A stretch of 64,000 bases of DNA from Octopus sinensis (lineage: Eukaryota): the NCBI RefSeq assembly GCF_006345805.1, contig NC_043012.1, positions 5,208,001 to 5,272,000 on the forward strand, written 5' to 3'. The position numbers were made by a program, and so were the translations under genes. Below are positions 38,210 through 53,639 of the stretch, in pieces (the stretch's first letter is position 1; every line of letters begins with the position of its first letter). Below the pieces are notes generated by a model. The model did no database searches, had not been told where the DNA came from, and was given only the letters and a program-made list of their open reading frames with translations.

Positions 38210-38596
38210 ACACATACGCTTCTACACACCTACACATACACATAATGACTTAACTGCAAATAAACGTATGAAATGTGTAGGGATAGAACATACCAATATA
38301 TATGCATGTATGCAGATATTTCCATATCTCTATATCTATTTGATATGCATGTGTACGCAGCCACTTATTTCTATCCAAACTCGTCTATTCATACATCTTA
38401 TGCGTGGGGGGTGAAGGTTCACTCTAATGTACAATTTTCAAATTACCCGACTGTCATTTTATGTATTTCCCTATCAATCAATCTTCTCTTCTGCATGTAT
38501 ATACATACATAAATATATGCGCGTATTTGTGTATATCTGTGTAGCATGTCCTGTATTTCCTCTGTGCATGTACATATATATATATATCTATATCTA

Positions 38597-38654
<58 letters not shown>

Positions 38655-38921
38655 TATCGAGAATATATAAATCGCAGTATGTGTTTGTATAATGACAAAC
38701 GTACACATTTCCACAATTCTCGAAAGACTTCATTTAGCTTATATTTAGTCGAACAAATGGACCCCAGGACTTATTCTTTGTACGCCTAGTACTTATTCTC
38801 TCGGTTTCCTTTGTCGAACCGCTATGTTATTGGGACGTAATCACACCAACATCGGAAGGTACGGGTGACTAGGCCGTCCCTGCTGCGAGAACTTGACAAG
38901 TCAAGAACTGATCGACATTAG

Positions 38922-39260
38922 AGTGACTGTCTATCACTCCCCGGCCACAGTTACCCCAATAATAGACAGTCACTCCAATGACAGTTACCCAAATGACAGT
39001 TACCCCAATGACAGTCACCCCAAAGTCAGTCAGCGCAATGATAGTCCCCACAATGATAGACAATCACCCCAATGACAGTAACCCAATGATAGTCACTCAA
39101 AGATAAACAGTCATCCGAATTAAAGTCAACCCAATGATAGACAGTCACCCCAATGATAGTCATCCCAATGACAGTCAACCCAATGACGATCAGATCTTGA
39201 TCTGATCACCATTGGTGTGACTGTCTATCACTCCCCGGCCACAGACACCCCAATGACTGT
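38922..39260. repeat. ~15-bp minisatellite (GACAGTCACCCCAAT) between duplicated GTGACTGTCTATCACTCCCCGGCCACAG blocks
   Basis: Read directly from the sequence. Confidence 0.8.
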
Positions 39261-39386
39261 GGCCAGGGAGGGACAGACAGCCACAGTCAGCCCTATGGCG
39301 ATCAAAGCTCGCTCTGAGCGCCATTGGGCTCACTGTCCACCACTACCAGCCCACAGTCAGCCATGACATGACATGACATACAAAAT

Positions 39387-40218
39387 TCATAGTTTTCCGC
39401 CCAAATGATTTTGAAGACTGCGGAATAAATGATAATCAAATGGAGCAATGTCCGGTGAATATGACCAATCAACCAACCAACCAACCAACAAACCAACCAA
39501 CCAGCCGACCCATGACCAACCGACAAACCAGCCAACCAGCCCACCCACCGACCAACCAACCAACCGACAAATCAACCAACCAGCAACCACCGACCAACCA
39601 ACCAGCCAGTCGACCAACCGACAAACCAATCAACCAGCCTTTGAAATGTCATCCTCGTTGTAAGTGGCCGAGCATTATCCTTCTAGAAGAACAGCTACCA
39701 AAGATGGTAGCTTTTTTCTAGCACAGGTGTCGCTGAAGGATTGAATGACCAAATCGAAGCTTCTCTGCTAGTTCCTCAACAGTTACGATGGGATTTTGTT
39801 CCACCAGGATTTGCAGGACGTCCTCGTCGAGCTCTACAGATCTTCCAGGACGAGACTCGCCTTCTAGGCTGCAGTTTCCCATTCGGAATTTCTGGAACCA
39901 CCGTTGACACTGGTTTACGCTTATTGCCCGATCCCCATATACTGCACTAATATTCCTCGCACTTTCCGTTGCATTGTTGTCTTTATTGAACTCATAAGGC
40001 AAAATATGCCAAATATGCTCCTTTGTCACTTCCATTATAGCTTTGAAAAAATAACCGTTAAAATCGAACTGCACTTTTCAAAACTAGCTCTAAGAATACG
40101 GACAAAGTAAAATTACTACCAGCTTTTATAGCAAGTAGCTGCAAGTAGTTTATCCTATCCCCTTCCGACTTTTAGTTCATGCAATTGAAAAAACTGCATT
40201 ATTTAAGGGATGTTCCTA
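39387..40218 (-). mobile_element. Mariner element, deleted and interrupted by an (ACCA)-type tract
   Basis: MEVTKEHIWHIL...AVYGD...RPGRSVELD...TVEELAEKL and [20 protein letters not shown]. Degenerate 5' TIR near 40195-40218. Confidence 0.85.
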
Positions 40219-40250
40219 TATGTGTGTATGTATGTATGTATATATGTATG

Positions 40251-40284
<34 letters not shown>

Positions 40285-40865
40285 TGTATGTATGTATGTA
40301 TGTATGTATGTATGTATGTATGTATGTATGTATAACTGGTAAACTCAGTGACTACTACTAAATTCAGGCCACGACAGACAGAGAGGATGTTCTTGAAGCC
40401 GAGGATGTGAACTTACGGGGACAATATTTACATATCGCCTGCGTAAACACAACTACATCTCATAATGCAGAGAAACGGTCCATAATCAAGTACCTGCTTT
40501 CTTGTAGAACTACGTTGCGTCAAAACAATTGTAGTGATTAAAGGATAAATGTCCAGCCGTATAACTTCTTGTTGACTCCAATTTGTTTCAATTATCTATT
40601 TACACACGACAGAAGCCCAGACACGTATATTGCTATACGCATAATGCTACTGCTGGGTAATACTGGGTGAAACTGAAGGTGAACGAAATTTACGCTGTGC
40701 TCTTCTACGTTCTTAACAGAATATACGATGACTATATATATGTGTGTGTGGTGTGTGTGTGTCTGTGTGTGTATCACATGATCACATGATCACATGATCA
40801 CATGACCGACCAGACGCCATCAGATGTTGCTGCACATCGCTGGTCACAATGCGCTTCGCATCTAG

Positions 40866-40896
<31 letters not shown>

Positions 40897-41149
40897 GATC
40901 TGCACACAGACGGGGCAAATTACAAGGTAGAGTCTATTTTGGGGGGATGAAATAAAGGGGTTGGTTTTCGATCAAAAGGGATCGTAAAAGTAAAGAAAGA
41001 AGTAAGCAAAAAAGGGGGGGGGAATGAAAGGAAAAAGAAAAAATCGATCAATAGGGATCGTTATCACAGAAATGTCAAATTTCTGTGTGGATGTTAATGA
41101 AAGTATGTGTTGGGTGTTGTACACATTTTAGACATGAAATGTTTGACAA

Positions 41150-43580
41150 CCAGCCAAACGACCAGCCAACAAAAATGTCGGCCCACCGACCAACCAACAA
41201 GCCAGCCAAAAAACCGACAAACCAACAAACCAGCAAACCCACGACCAACCGACCTACCAACCAACTAGTCGACCAACCGACCAACCAGTCAACAAGCTGA
41301 CCCACCCAACCGACAAACCAGCCAGCTAACTAACCGACCAACCAACCAGCCAGCCGACCTGCCGACCAACCAGCCAACCAACCGACAAACCACCCAACCA
41401 GCAGACCCACCGACCAACCACACAACCAATCATCCAGCCCACCGACCGACCAACCAAACGGCCGACCCAGCGACCAACCAACCAGCCTACAAACCAGCCA
41501 ACCAGCCAACCTACCAACCAACCAACCAACCAACCAGCCAACCAACCGACCAACCAGCCAATAAACCGACCCACTGACCAACCAGCCAACTAGACAACCA
41601 ACCGACCACCAACCAGCCAGCCAACCAACCGACCAACCAACTAACTAGAAGACCCACTGACCAACAAACCAACCAGCCGACCCACCGTCCAACCAAAAAA
41701 ACAGCCGACCAACCGACAATCCAGCCAACCAGCCAAACAACCGACAAACTAACCAACCAGCCCACTCACGACCAACCGACAAATCAACCAACCAGCCACC
41801 CACCGACCAACCAGCCAAACAGTCGACCAACCGACAAACCAATCATCCAGTCAACCAACCGACAAACCAGCCAACCAGCCGACCCATGACCAACCGACAA
41901 ACCAACCAACCAGCCGACCAACCGACAAACCAATCAACCAGCCAACCAACCGACAAACCAAACAACCCGTCAACTAACAGACAAACCAGCCAACCAGCAG
42001 ACCCATGACCAACCGACAAACCAACCAATCAGCCAACCAACCGACAAACCAACCAGCCAGCCGACACATGACCAACCGCCAAACCAACCAATCACGTTCC
42101 ACGACCAACCGACAAACCAACCACCAGCCCACTCACCGACAGACCGACCAACCAGCCAACCAACCAACAAACCAACCAACCAGCCGACCCACGACCAACC
42201 GACAAACCATCAACCAGCCAACCAACCAACAAACCAACCAACCAGCCGACCGACGGCCAACCGACAAACCAACACACCAGCCCACCCACCGACAAACCAA
42301 CCAACCTGCCAACCAACCAACAAACCAACCATCCAACCAGCCGACAAACCAACCAACCAGCCCACCCATGACCAACCGACAAACCAACCAACAAACCAAC
42401 CAACCAGCCAACCAGCCGACAAACCAACCAACCAGCCGACCCACGACCAACCGACAAACCAGCCAACCAGCCCACCCACCGACAAACCAACCAACCTGCC
42501 AACCAGCCGACAAACCAGCCAGCCCACCCATGACAAACCCACAAACCGACCAGCCAGCCAACCAACCAATAAACCATTCAACCTGCAAACCAACCGACAA
42601 ACCAACCACCACCGACCACCGACAAACCACCACCAACCGCCAACCAACCGACAAACCAACCAACCATCAACCAGCCAACCAGCCCACTCACTGGCCAACC
42701 AGCCAACCAGTCAGCCAACCGACAAACCAACCAACCAGCCGACACACGACCACCCGACAAACAAACCAGCCAGCCGACCCACAACCAACCGACAAAGCAG
42801 CCAACCAGACCAGCCACCAATTAACCAACCACCAGCCCCCCCCATTCCAACCGACAAACCAGCCAACCATTCGACCCACCGACCAACCAGCCAACCAGCC
42901 AACCAGCTGACACACCAACTAACCAGCCGACAAACCGACCAACCGACAAACCAACTAACCAGCCGACCCACCGAGCAGCCAGCCAACAAGCCAACCAACT
43001 GACAAACCAGCCACCCATGCGACCCACGATCATCTAACAAACCAGCCAGCCAGCCGCCCCACCGACCCACCGACCAACCAACCAATTAGCCAACCAACTG
43101 ACAACCAGCCAACATGTGCCCCACGATCAGCTAACAACCAGCCAGCCAGCGCCACCGACCCACCGACCCACCGACCAAACAAACAATTAGCCAACCAACT
43201 GACAACCAGCCAACCAGGTGACCACGACCACTAACAACCGCCAGCCAGCCGACCCACCGACCCACCGACCCACCGACCAACCAACCAATTAGCCAACCAA
43301 CTGACAAACCAGCCAACCAGGTGACCCACGATCAGCTAACAAACCAGCCAGCCAGCCGACCCACCGACCCACCGACCCACCGACCAACCAACCAATTAGC
43401 CAACCAACTGACAAACCAGCCAACCAGGTGACCCACGATCAGCTAACAAACCAGCCAGCCAGCCGACCCACCGACCCACCGACCCACCGACCAACCAGCC
43501 GACCCACGACCAACCAACCAACCAACGCGGCAACCCTCCAACAATCTGCGAACCAGCCAACCGACCCACAATTCAACCAA
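41150..43580. repeat. Complex (CCAA/CCAG/CCGA)n tetranucleotide satellite, about 2.4 kb
   Basis: Read directly; higher-order units of about 108 bp near 43200-43500. Confidence 0.92.
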
Positions 43581-44502
43581 CACTTCTGTTGGCTGTTATT
43601 TTTATATAAAGGCCACTGAATAAAAGCTGGGTTGGTCACGACTGGATGTCTTCGATCATAGACCTGTTCGATTAGGCTTTCGTGAGGGCTGGACAACAAC
43701 AACAACAAAATATATTTAATCCGGAACCAGGTTTTTGTTTGCGTGAGTATGGCAGAGGCATTATGAAATATCAGCAACATATCGGGAAGAAGAAGAGTTT
43801 TCACTTGACTCAGGATCTTTCGTAAACCTCAATCTCTGGTGCTGGGGTCGGGGTGGGGTGGGGTGGGGGACTTCGATATTGCTGACCTCCCTTCTCTTTT
43901 ACCTGCTGTAATACAATGAAGGCTTTTGTTGTTGTTGTTGGTGGTGGTGGTGGTGGTGTTGTTTGAGATAGTAGTGGTGATGGTGGTGGTAATGGTTGTA
44001 GTTGCGGTGGTGGTCATGGTAGTGGTGTTAGTATTTCTGGTGGTGGTGGTGTTTGAGATAGTTGTGGTGATGGTGCTGGTAATGGTTGTATTTGTGGTGG
44101 TGGTCATGGTTTTGGTGATGGTGGCGGTGTTTACCTGCCCAAACCAAACAATTCTTTTATTTTGCAGCCATTTCTCCGTTCTTTTTTTTTCATTTATTTT
44201 TATTTTTTTATTTTCAGACATATTGCCTCTAAGATATAACGAAGATTCGATTCATATCGAAGTAAATTTTAATATTGGATTTACAAGGGCCCCAAAAATG
44301 GCTAAAATAAAATCACGAAGCCTTTGAGAATTTTTAAAAACTTTTGTCCACAAAGGGCGAAATTTTGTGTGGATGTTAATGAAAATATATGTTGGGTGTT
44401 GTACACTTTTTAGACATAAAATGTTTGACAATCAACAATTTTAAACGTAGAAAACTACCAACTTACTTGGAGCCCGTTTGACTTGCGTATGTCAGATAGA
44501 TT

Positions 44503-44660
<158 letters not shown>

Positions 44661-45435
44661 ACAAAGATTATTATCTTCGTCACTAGACTATGAATAATTA
44701 TTTAACAAAATTGTTTATATGCATGATTGTACATGCGTATAAAATAGATATGTTGATGTTTGCTTTGTAATTAGCTGTACACGGACATATATTTCCCACG
44801 CATAGACACACCCTCGCAGACGCACACACAAACATACGTATTGACATAAATGTATACATTTTTATGTATGTGTACAAACACCACACTCACTATATATATA
44901 TATATATATATATCTATATATATTATATATATATCCTTCGGCTTAACAGCCCTTCTTATTTGTGTTACTGTTATTCTCTTTGCCCTGTCTTTTACTGTTT
45001 ATATTTTGTACTGTCGTTACTGTCCTGTTTTTGTTACCATTTTTACCCCTCCGCAAAAAAATCTCAAATTTTATTTAATTTGATTTTCGCGGGAAGGAAA
45101 GTTTCATTAAAGTCATGTATCGCCTTGACCTTCGAAACGTGGAGTAGATGAAACAAAGGCGACTGAAGAAGGGGAATTTTCCTTGTTTTGTATGTCCTGT
45201 ACTCTATTTTTTTCGTTGTTTAAGAAAAATGTCCATTTCCTTGGTTTTGTGTTTATGTTTCCGTTTCTCATTGTGTTCGACGCTCTTTTTGGTGTCCTGT
45301 ACCCATATATGCATGTATATATACATGTAGAGGTAGGTACGTACATATACGTATGTATATATGCATATGTTTTATTTATTTATTAAATCATATATATATA
45401 TATATAATGATTATTATTTCTTATATGTATACTTA

Positions 45436-45610
45436 GGGCGGCGAGCCGGCATTCCGTCCGTTTTTACGTTGAGTTCATATCCCAGCAAGGTCCACTTTGC
45501 CTTTCATCCTTTCGGGGTCGATAAATTAAGTACCAGTTGAGCACTGGGGATAGATGCAATCGAGGTATTCCTGCTCCTAAATTACTGGCTTTGTGTCTGT
45601 ATTTTAAATC
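45436..45610 (+). mobile_element. SINE family B variant
   Basis: GGCGGCGAGC head and CTTTGCCTTTCATCCTTTCGGGGTCGATAAATTAAGTACCAG domain. Confidence 0.8.
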
Positions 45611-45816
45611 ATTATCAAGTGTACGTAGAAATTAATATATACTACGGGGTCACTCACGCTTACGCACAAACACATAGAACACACATTTAAAACACAGAGA
45701 CAGGAAAGAAGAGACAGACAGACAGACAGATGAAAGAACTGAACACCTGATGTAGAGTTTAATTTTTTTTAATCTAGAATTACGTTTGAACATTCTTCAG
45801 ATCTACATAGCAAACT

Positions 45817-45859
<43 letters not shown>

Positions 45860-45899
45860 TATATATATATATAGTAGTAGTAGTAGTATTAGTAGTAGT

Positions 45900-46068
45900 A
45901 ACGTTTCGCCTATCGCAACGTTCTGAGTTCAAATTCTGCTGAGGTCAACTTTGCCTTTCATCCTTTCGGGGGTCGATAAATTAAGTACCAGCAAAACACT
46001 GGTGTCGATGTAGTCGATTATCCCCCTCCCCCAAATTTCGAACTGTGAGTCTATAGTAGAGTAAAGGA
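45900..46068 (+). mobile_element. SINE family B variant, 5'-truncated
   Basis: B-box and central domain present. Confidence 0.8.
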
Positions 46069-46072
46069 TTAT

Positions 46073-46128
<56 letters not shown>

Positions 46129-46393
46129 TATTATTATTATTATTGCTGTTGTTGTTGCTGATGTTGTTCTTGCTAATGTTGTTGTTGTTGTTATCATCAT
46201 CATCATTATCATCATCATCATCAGTTTTACTATTACTATTATTGTTGTTGGTGGAGTGTAGGTAGTGTTGTGGTGGTGGTGGTGGTGGAGGTGGTGGTGG
46301 AATTTTTTGCTCTTATTTATATTTCTGTTCTCCTTACGCTGTATCTCATCAACTCCTTGGAGACTTTAGCTGATTTTATGCACATACACACGC

Positions 46394-46440
<47 letters not shown>

Positions 46441-47282
46441 TGCACACACACATATATATGTGTATACATTTATGTACATAGTGTACGTTTACGTATGTAT
46501 GTATGTATATATGTATACATACATGCATATATATCCCTATCTCTCTCTCTCTCTCTCTCTCTCTCTTCTATTTCTTTCTTTCTTTCTCCTTCCCTTTTCT
46601 TCCCTACTTTTCGTATTCCAGATGGCAATTTCATTCACACAGTCGTTTTAACAGCTCAAAAGCTGCCACTGATGTTGTGCTGTATACAAAAGCTCATCTC
46701 CTCTCCACCAACACACACACACACACACCTCCACCACCACCACCACCACCATCACCACAAACGCAGATGGAAAATGGCGTCGAGGTGCCAAATATACGAT
46801 GGACAGGAAAGCAAAGCAAACACAAATTTGCCGCCGTAGCTCATCTTACTTGTTAAATCGTGTGTCCTTATTGTTTTATATTTCCTTCCCTTTTCTAGAT
46901 GCTGTTCACGTTGTCGTCTGCTTTATACCGTTAAAGGTGTGACACTGAGATTTAACTCCTTGTGACAAGCATGTTTATTCCATGAATAAATATGGTTAAA
47001 AAAGAACAACAGAAACCAAAAATTTAGTTGTTAAGCTGCATGAAAATGAGGAGATATCAATGTTTCGAGCAAAGGTGTTTATTAAAACAGAAAAGAATGG
47101 TAGTGGGGGGGATGGAATAAGCGGGAAAGTGAACTAAAACAATATTGCATACTTCATAATCTGAAAGTCAATGTGGATGTAAAGGATACCGGAACAAGCA
47201 GTGGATATGTGGTTTCTGCCAGAGAAGAGCGTAACCTATAGTTGGACGGTAGGCAACCTTCGAGCATTGGTGGAAGGAGGGG

Positions 47283-47408
47283 GAGAAGAAGAAGAAGAAG
47301 AAGAAGAAGAAGAAGAAGAAGAAGAAAAGAAGAAGAAGAAGAAGAAGAAGAAGAAGGAGAAGAAGAAGAAGAAGAAGAAGAAGGAGAAGAAGAAGAACAA
47401 GAAAAAAA

Positions 47409-47469
<61 letters not shown>

Positions 47470-47678
47470 AAGAAGAAGAAGACGGAGAAGAAGGAGAAGA
47501 CGGAGAAGACGGAGAAGAAGAAGATGAAGAAGAAGAAGAAGAAGAAGAAGAAGAAGAAGAAGAAAGAAGAAGAAGAAGACGGAGAAGAAGAAGAAGAAGA
47601 AGAAGAAGAAGAAGACGGAGAAGAAGGAGAAGAAGACGGAGAAGAAGAAGAAGAAGAAGAAGAAGAAGAAGGAGACAG

Positions 47679-47709
<31 letters not shown>

Positions 47710-47919
47710 GAAGAAGAAGTAGAAGAAGAAGAAGAAGACGGAGAAGAAGGAGAAGAAGACGGAGAAGAAGAAGAAGAAGAAGAAGAAGAAGGAGAAGAAG
47801 GAGAAGAAGAAGAAGAAGAAGAAGAAGAAGAAGAAGAAGAAGAAGAAGAAGAAGAAGAAGAAGAAGAAGAAGAAGAAGAAGAAGAAGAAGAAGAAGAAGA
47901 AGAAGAAGAAGAAGAAGAA
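47283..47919 (+). repeat. (GAA)n-rich polypurine tract, about 640 bp
   Basis: Read directly; includes an (AAT)n island. Confidence 0.95.
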
Positions 47920-48874
47920 AAAGCGTTACTTTTCATGAAAGCCCATGTGTGACCGGTTGGTAGTAAGAATACCGGGGAGATTTTAAATGCTATGCAACAG
48001 GTTTAAGAGATCCGATGCTACATTGTCTCCAATACAAATCCGTCAGGTTCATTTGGACATTACAATGTAGTAATTTACATTATTGGGAGCACTTGAAAAT
48101 GACTCGTGAACTGTGAAGGGTAGTGATGTCCCAGATGAAAGGACAGATGTTACTGCAGAGTAGATGGATTGAGAAAATCTTTCGGGCTGAGTATGGCCCA
48201 GTGATAACAAAGATTAGAAGGGGCGCTGCTAGTAATAAACAGATATGAGGCCCTGGATTAAGGAAAGTGGACATACTGAACGTTGGCTCGCTTCGAAGGT
48301 TTGGTGGTTCGGTGTAAGATGAAGAGAAGAGAATGCCCTTAGTTGTTCAATGAGGAGAGGCGAAAGAATTAGAAATGAGACACGAGCAGGACACGAAAGC
48401 AAAAATGGAGAACGAAACAAGAAGGCACGTTCTTACCATAGTTACCAATCATGCATACATAGATTCTTGTTTAAAAAAAAAACACAGTCGTGATTGAAGG
48501 AAGACACATGACTGATAACTCAATCACTATGAGTAAAAGATTTTAGAATTCGATTCTAAAAAGGGACAGATCACAAAAAACTATCATTAGTAATACAAAC
48601 GAAGGAAAGTCCAGCTATAAATTATTCGTGCATACATAAACGCACACACACACACACACAAACGCACACACGCACACACATACACACAAACATACACACA
48701 TACATTTTACATAGAAATACTGAAATATCGAAATATTTAGCGCGAAACCGTTGGTAATATTCTGGCAGTTAGCTTACCTGTCTGTCTGATTGTCTGTCTC
48801 TTGCTCTTTCTTTCTCTCTCACGCTCCTTCTCTCCCTCTCGTTTTATCTATATATGTATATGCACATGTATATA

Positions 48875-48954
<80 letters not shown>

Positions 48955-48959
48955 ATATT

Positions 48960-49172
48960 GGAGGTGCAATTTCGATTCCCAGACCGGGCGTTGTGTGTGT
49001 TTATGGAGCGAAAACACCTAAAGCTCCACTAGACTCCGGCAAGGTGTGGAGGCGACCCCTGTTGCACTCTTTCGCCCCAACTTTCTCTCACTCTTTCTTC
49101 CTGTTTCTGGGGGGAACACATACGCCACAGAAACAGGTAAACCGGGCCCATGGCTAGGCTTGAAAAGGGCGC
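48960..49172 (+). mobile_element. SINE family C variant with the A-box deleted
   Basis: GGAGGTGCAAT joined directly to TTCGATTCCCAGACCGGGCGTTGTG; compare 52052-52447. Confidence 0.75.
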
Positions 49173-50122
49173 ATAAATATATATATAGAGAAAGAAACAG
49201 ACAGACAGACAGACAGACATGTGGCAAATGAAAGACCGAATATACGATCATTTATTATTAATCACAACAATTGTTTTGACACATCTAGCATCGATGTCTC
49301 ATCATCATCAGTTAAAATCCTACCTGATTAGAGTGGATTATATATTATGATGTGATCTTCTATAAACGGATTAATAAAATTCTACCGAAACAGCTGTCGT
49401 GAATGTTAAGGTCCATTTGTGCTTACGTTTTATACCTTCATCACATTATAGACCAGCCCGAGAATCGGATCTACGGTCTAAAATGGATTTATTTCTTGTA
49501 TACCTAGATCGTCTTACCAACACGTGATATATTCAAAGTTATTTACCTGACTGCGAGCTCTATGTTAGCCATTTCCGGCTTTCTACGAATTTATGTACAT
49601 TTTCGACCGACTAGACAAACAGGGATCATATGAAATATGCTGAAATATTACATAATCCACGAGGCGGCGTGCTCAAAGAATTGTTAATGCGCCGGACAAA
49701 ATAGCGGCATTTCTTCAGAATTTACGTTCTGAGTTCAAATGCTGCTATGTTGGACTTTGCGTTTCATCCTTTCCGGGTCAGTTAAATGAGTACCAGTTGA
49801 ATACTGGGGTTTATGTAATCGACTTATCCCCCCCAAAAAAAATTTCCAGTCTCAAGATGTATGTTAACCATTGTTGAAACGATCGGAATAAAGGAATAAA
49901 TGTAAGCCATCTCCTCAATTCTTGGATTTACTGTTATATACTGTAAATTCTTGGATTTATTGTTAAATACTGTAAATAAACTATCTCCGAAATTTCAGTT
50001 TGAAGGGAATGGTTTCCTTTAAGGAAAACTTTTGACTTCTAAGCCCATTGTTAGCTGGGTTTTTTGCAGGAGTGATGACTGACGAAACCATTTGGATTTC
50101 TAAATCTTCTTTAATCTGCTAT

Positions 50123-50462
50123 TCTTTTACTCTTTTACTTGTTTCAGTCATTTGACTGCGGCCATGCTGGAGCACCGCCTTTTGTCGAACAAATCGACCC
50201 CCAGGACTTATTCTTTAGAAGCCTAGTACTTATTCTATCGCTCTCTTTTGCCGAACCGCTAAGTTACGGGGACGTAAACACACCAGCATCGGTTATCAAA
50301 CGATGTTTGTGGGGGAGAGGACAAACACAGACACACAAACATATACACACACACATATATATATATATACATATATAGGACGGGCTTCTTTCAGTTTCCG
50401 TCAACCAAATCCACACACAGAAGGCTTTGGTTGGCCCGAGGCTAAAGTAGAAAACATGTGCC
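50123..50462 (-). mobile_element. SINE family A, 5'-truncated
   Basis: Matches the family A body and tail. Confidence 0.85.
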
Positions 50463-50974
50463 TTACAAATACAAGCATACATATATGAATATATGTGTGC
50501 GTGTGTGTGTGTGTGTGTGTGAGTGTGTGTATGTGTTTCTGCGCACGCACATACACACATATTTCAAGAAATCTCTGAATTTAAAATATTCCTCAGAGTG
50601 AAAAATTTCTATAATTGCTTCAATTACAAATTTCGCAGTTCGCGTTTGTAGGTTTGTTTGCCTGCTTTTTTTAAAATACTTTTGTTTTTATTTCAGTGGT
50701 TATTCTTACCGAATTATGCTCCACTCCTGGTATGTCAAAGTCATTTCTTTATTCTTCATATTTGCTAGGTTTTTGTATTCAAGATTTGCTATATCTATCT
50801 TTTCCAATTTATTTCTACTTTTCAGACTCTCCGTAGTATCCCCTAGAGACAATACATCGATCATCCAATAAAGTTTGTTTCTTTGAGTGACATTATCAGG
50901 TTTTCTTTGCGTATATCGTGATTATGTGGGGTGTTCAAGTCCCACAGTTACTCCATCCAGTTATCATTTACCTG

Positions 50975-51820
<846 letters not shown>

Positions 51821-52051
51821 GCGAATCCCGTTATTGAATACATCCATAAACGTGAACAGAAAGCCTATGGGTGAAGCGTACCCAGCAAAACTTCTACGAA
51901 ATGCAAACATATTGCAGTCTGGGACCGTTTATTACGTTAACATCCAATAAAACAAGAGTGAGAAGTGCTGAAGAGCAAAAGTGTATTGTTTTGGTGAGTC
52001 GAACTTAGAATGTTCTCGCAAATTCTCAATCGAATCCTTTTTCACTTAATA

Positions 52052-52447
52052 GTTTTGGATTTGGAAGCACTCCGTCGGTTACGACGACGAGGGTTCCGGT
52101 TGATCCGAATCAACGGAACAGCTTGCTCGTGAAATTAACGTGTAAGTGGCTGAGCACTCCACAGACAGGTGCACCCTTAACGTAGTTCTCGGACATATTC
52201 AGCGTGACACAGAGAGTGACAAGGCCGGCCCTTTGAAATACAGGTACAACAGAAACAGGAAGTAAGAGTGAGAGAAAGTTGTGGTGAAAGAGTACAGCAG
52301 GGATCACCACCATCCCCTGCCGGAGACTCGTGGAGCTTTTAGGTGTTTTCGCTCAATAAACACTCACAACGCCCGGTCTGGGAATCGAAACCGCGATCCT
52401 ACGACCGCGAGTCCGCTGCCCTAACCACTGGGCCATTGCGCCTCCAC
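52052..52447 (-). mobile_element. SINE family C, full length, with 10-bp TSD
   Basis: Head GGAGGCGCAATGGCCCAGTGGTTAGGGC...GGTTTCGATTCCC. TSD TCACTTAATA at 52042-52051 and 52448-52457. Confidence 0.9.
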
Positions 52448-52981
52448 TCACTTAATATACTCAGTAAATGAAAATGGCAGGGATGCTACTTCGGTATTTT
52501 CTAAATAATACCCTTTCCTGAACAGTTGTGCCTTATTTTGAGTAGTCAAAAGAATCCATGTACACAGAAACACCAACACAAGGAATATTGGCGGAAACTA
52601 TTCCCATTAAAAATTCTACCAGGTGCAATCATAATAGGCAGGATATCGTTTTGGGGGACAGAAAAGACAAAAATACGTACCCTAATAGATGTCAGCTGCG
52701 TTGGTAATGCCACAAGCCTTTCAATAAGCAAAGAGAAAGGTGATAACTACGGACAACTACTTCGAAACCGCCCAGATTTATAATCTACACCAATGATTGT
52801 TGCTTTCGCTTTTGTTAGTAAATGTTTAAGTAACACATTGCAAAAGCTAGAGTTTTCAGAAAAAGAAGTCAACCAACCAACACGCATATCAGAAATACAA
52901 TTTGTAAGCCAAACAGTGAAAATATGTATGATATTTCACAAGTTCGAAACCGAAACGTCACTTTGGTTATATACATTCCAA

Positions 52982-53380
52982 AGGCATCGAGCTAGCAGAA
53001 GCGTTAGCACGCCGGGCGAAATGCGTAGCCGTATTTCGTCTGCCGTTACGTTCTGAGTTCAAATTCCACCGAAGTCCACTTTGCCTTTCATCCTTTCGGG
53101 GTCGATTAAATAAGTACCAGTTACGCACTGGGGTCATTATAATCGACTTAATCCGTTTGTCTGTCCTTGTTTGTTCTGTCTGTGTTTAGCCCCTTGTGGG
53201 TAGCAAAGAAATAGGTATTTCGTCCGTCTTTACGTTCTGAGTTCAAATTATTCCGCCGAGGTCGACTTTGCCTTCCATCCTTTCGGGGGTGATAAATTAA
53301 GTACCAGTTGCGTACTAGAATCAGTTTAATCGACTGGCCCCCTCCCCCAAAATTTCGGGCCTTCTGCCTAGAGTAGAAAA
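52982..53380 (+). mobile_element. SINE family B, partial dimer
   Basis: A monomer, then AAAGAAATAG|GTATTTCGTC re-entry into a second body with an alternative tail. Confidence 0.85.
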
Positions 53381-53639
53381 GATGTACATTCCAAAGATGG
53401 AGCTTTGTACCTTTGTTAGAAACCAACAATTTCCTTACAGGAAGATTCCAAACATATACAAATAGAAGGGAACATACATACATGCATGTCTACACGCATA
53501 CATACATACATACATACATGCATGCATGCATGCATGCATGCATACATACATGCATACATGCATGCATACATACATGCATACATACATGCATACATGCATA
53601 CATACATACATACATACATACATACATAAATACATACAT

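Noticed and set aside
42005-42910. 301-aa QPTN-repeat ORF
   Set aside because: A stop-free frame of the C/A satellite.
45129-45174. CCTTCGAAACGTG...CTGAAGAAGGGG as a type II hammerhead
   Set aside because: The GUG triplet is not cleavable and stem I is absent. At most a decayed Penelope-like remnant.
47154-47952. Poly-E/K and poly-S ORFs
   Set aside because: Translations of the GAA tract.
52375-52447. tRNA-like sequence
   Set aside because: It is the head of a SINE with a body, tail and TSD, and the cloverleaf is incomplete.
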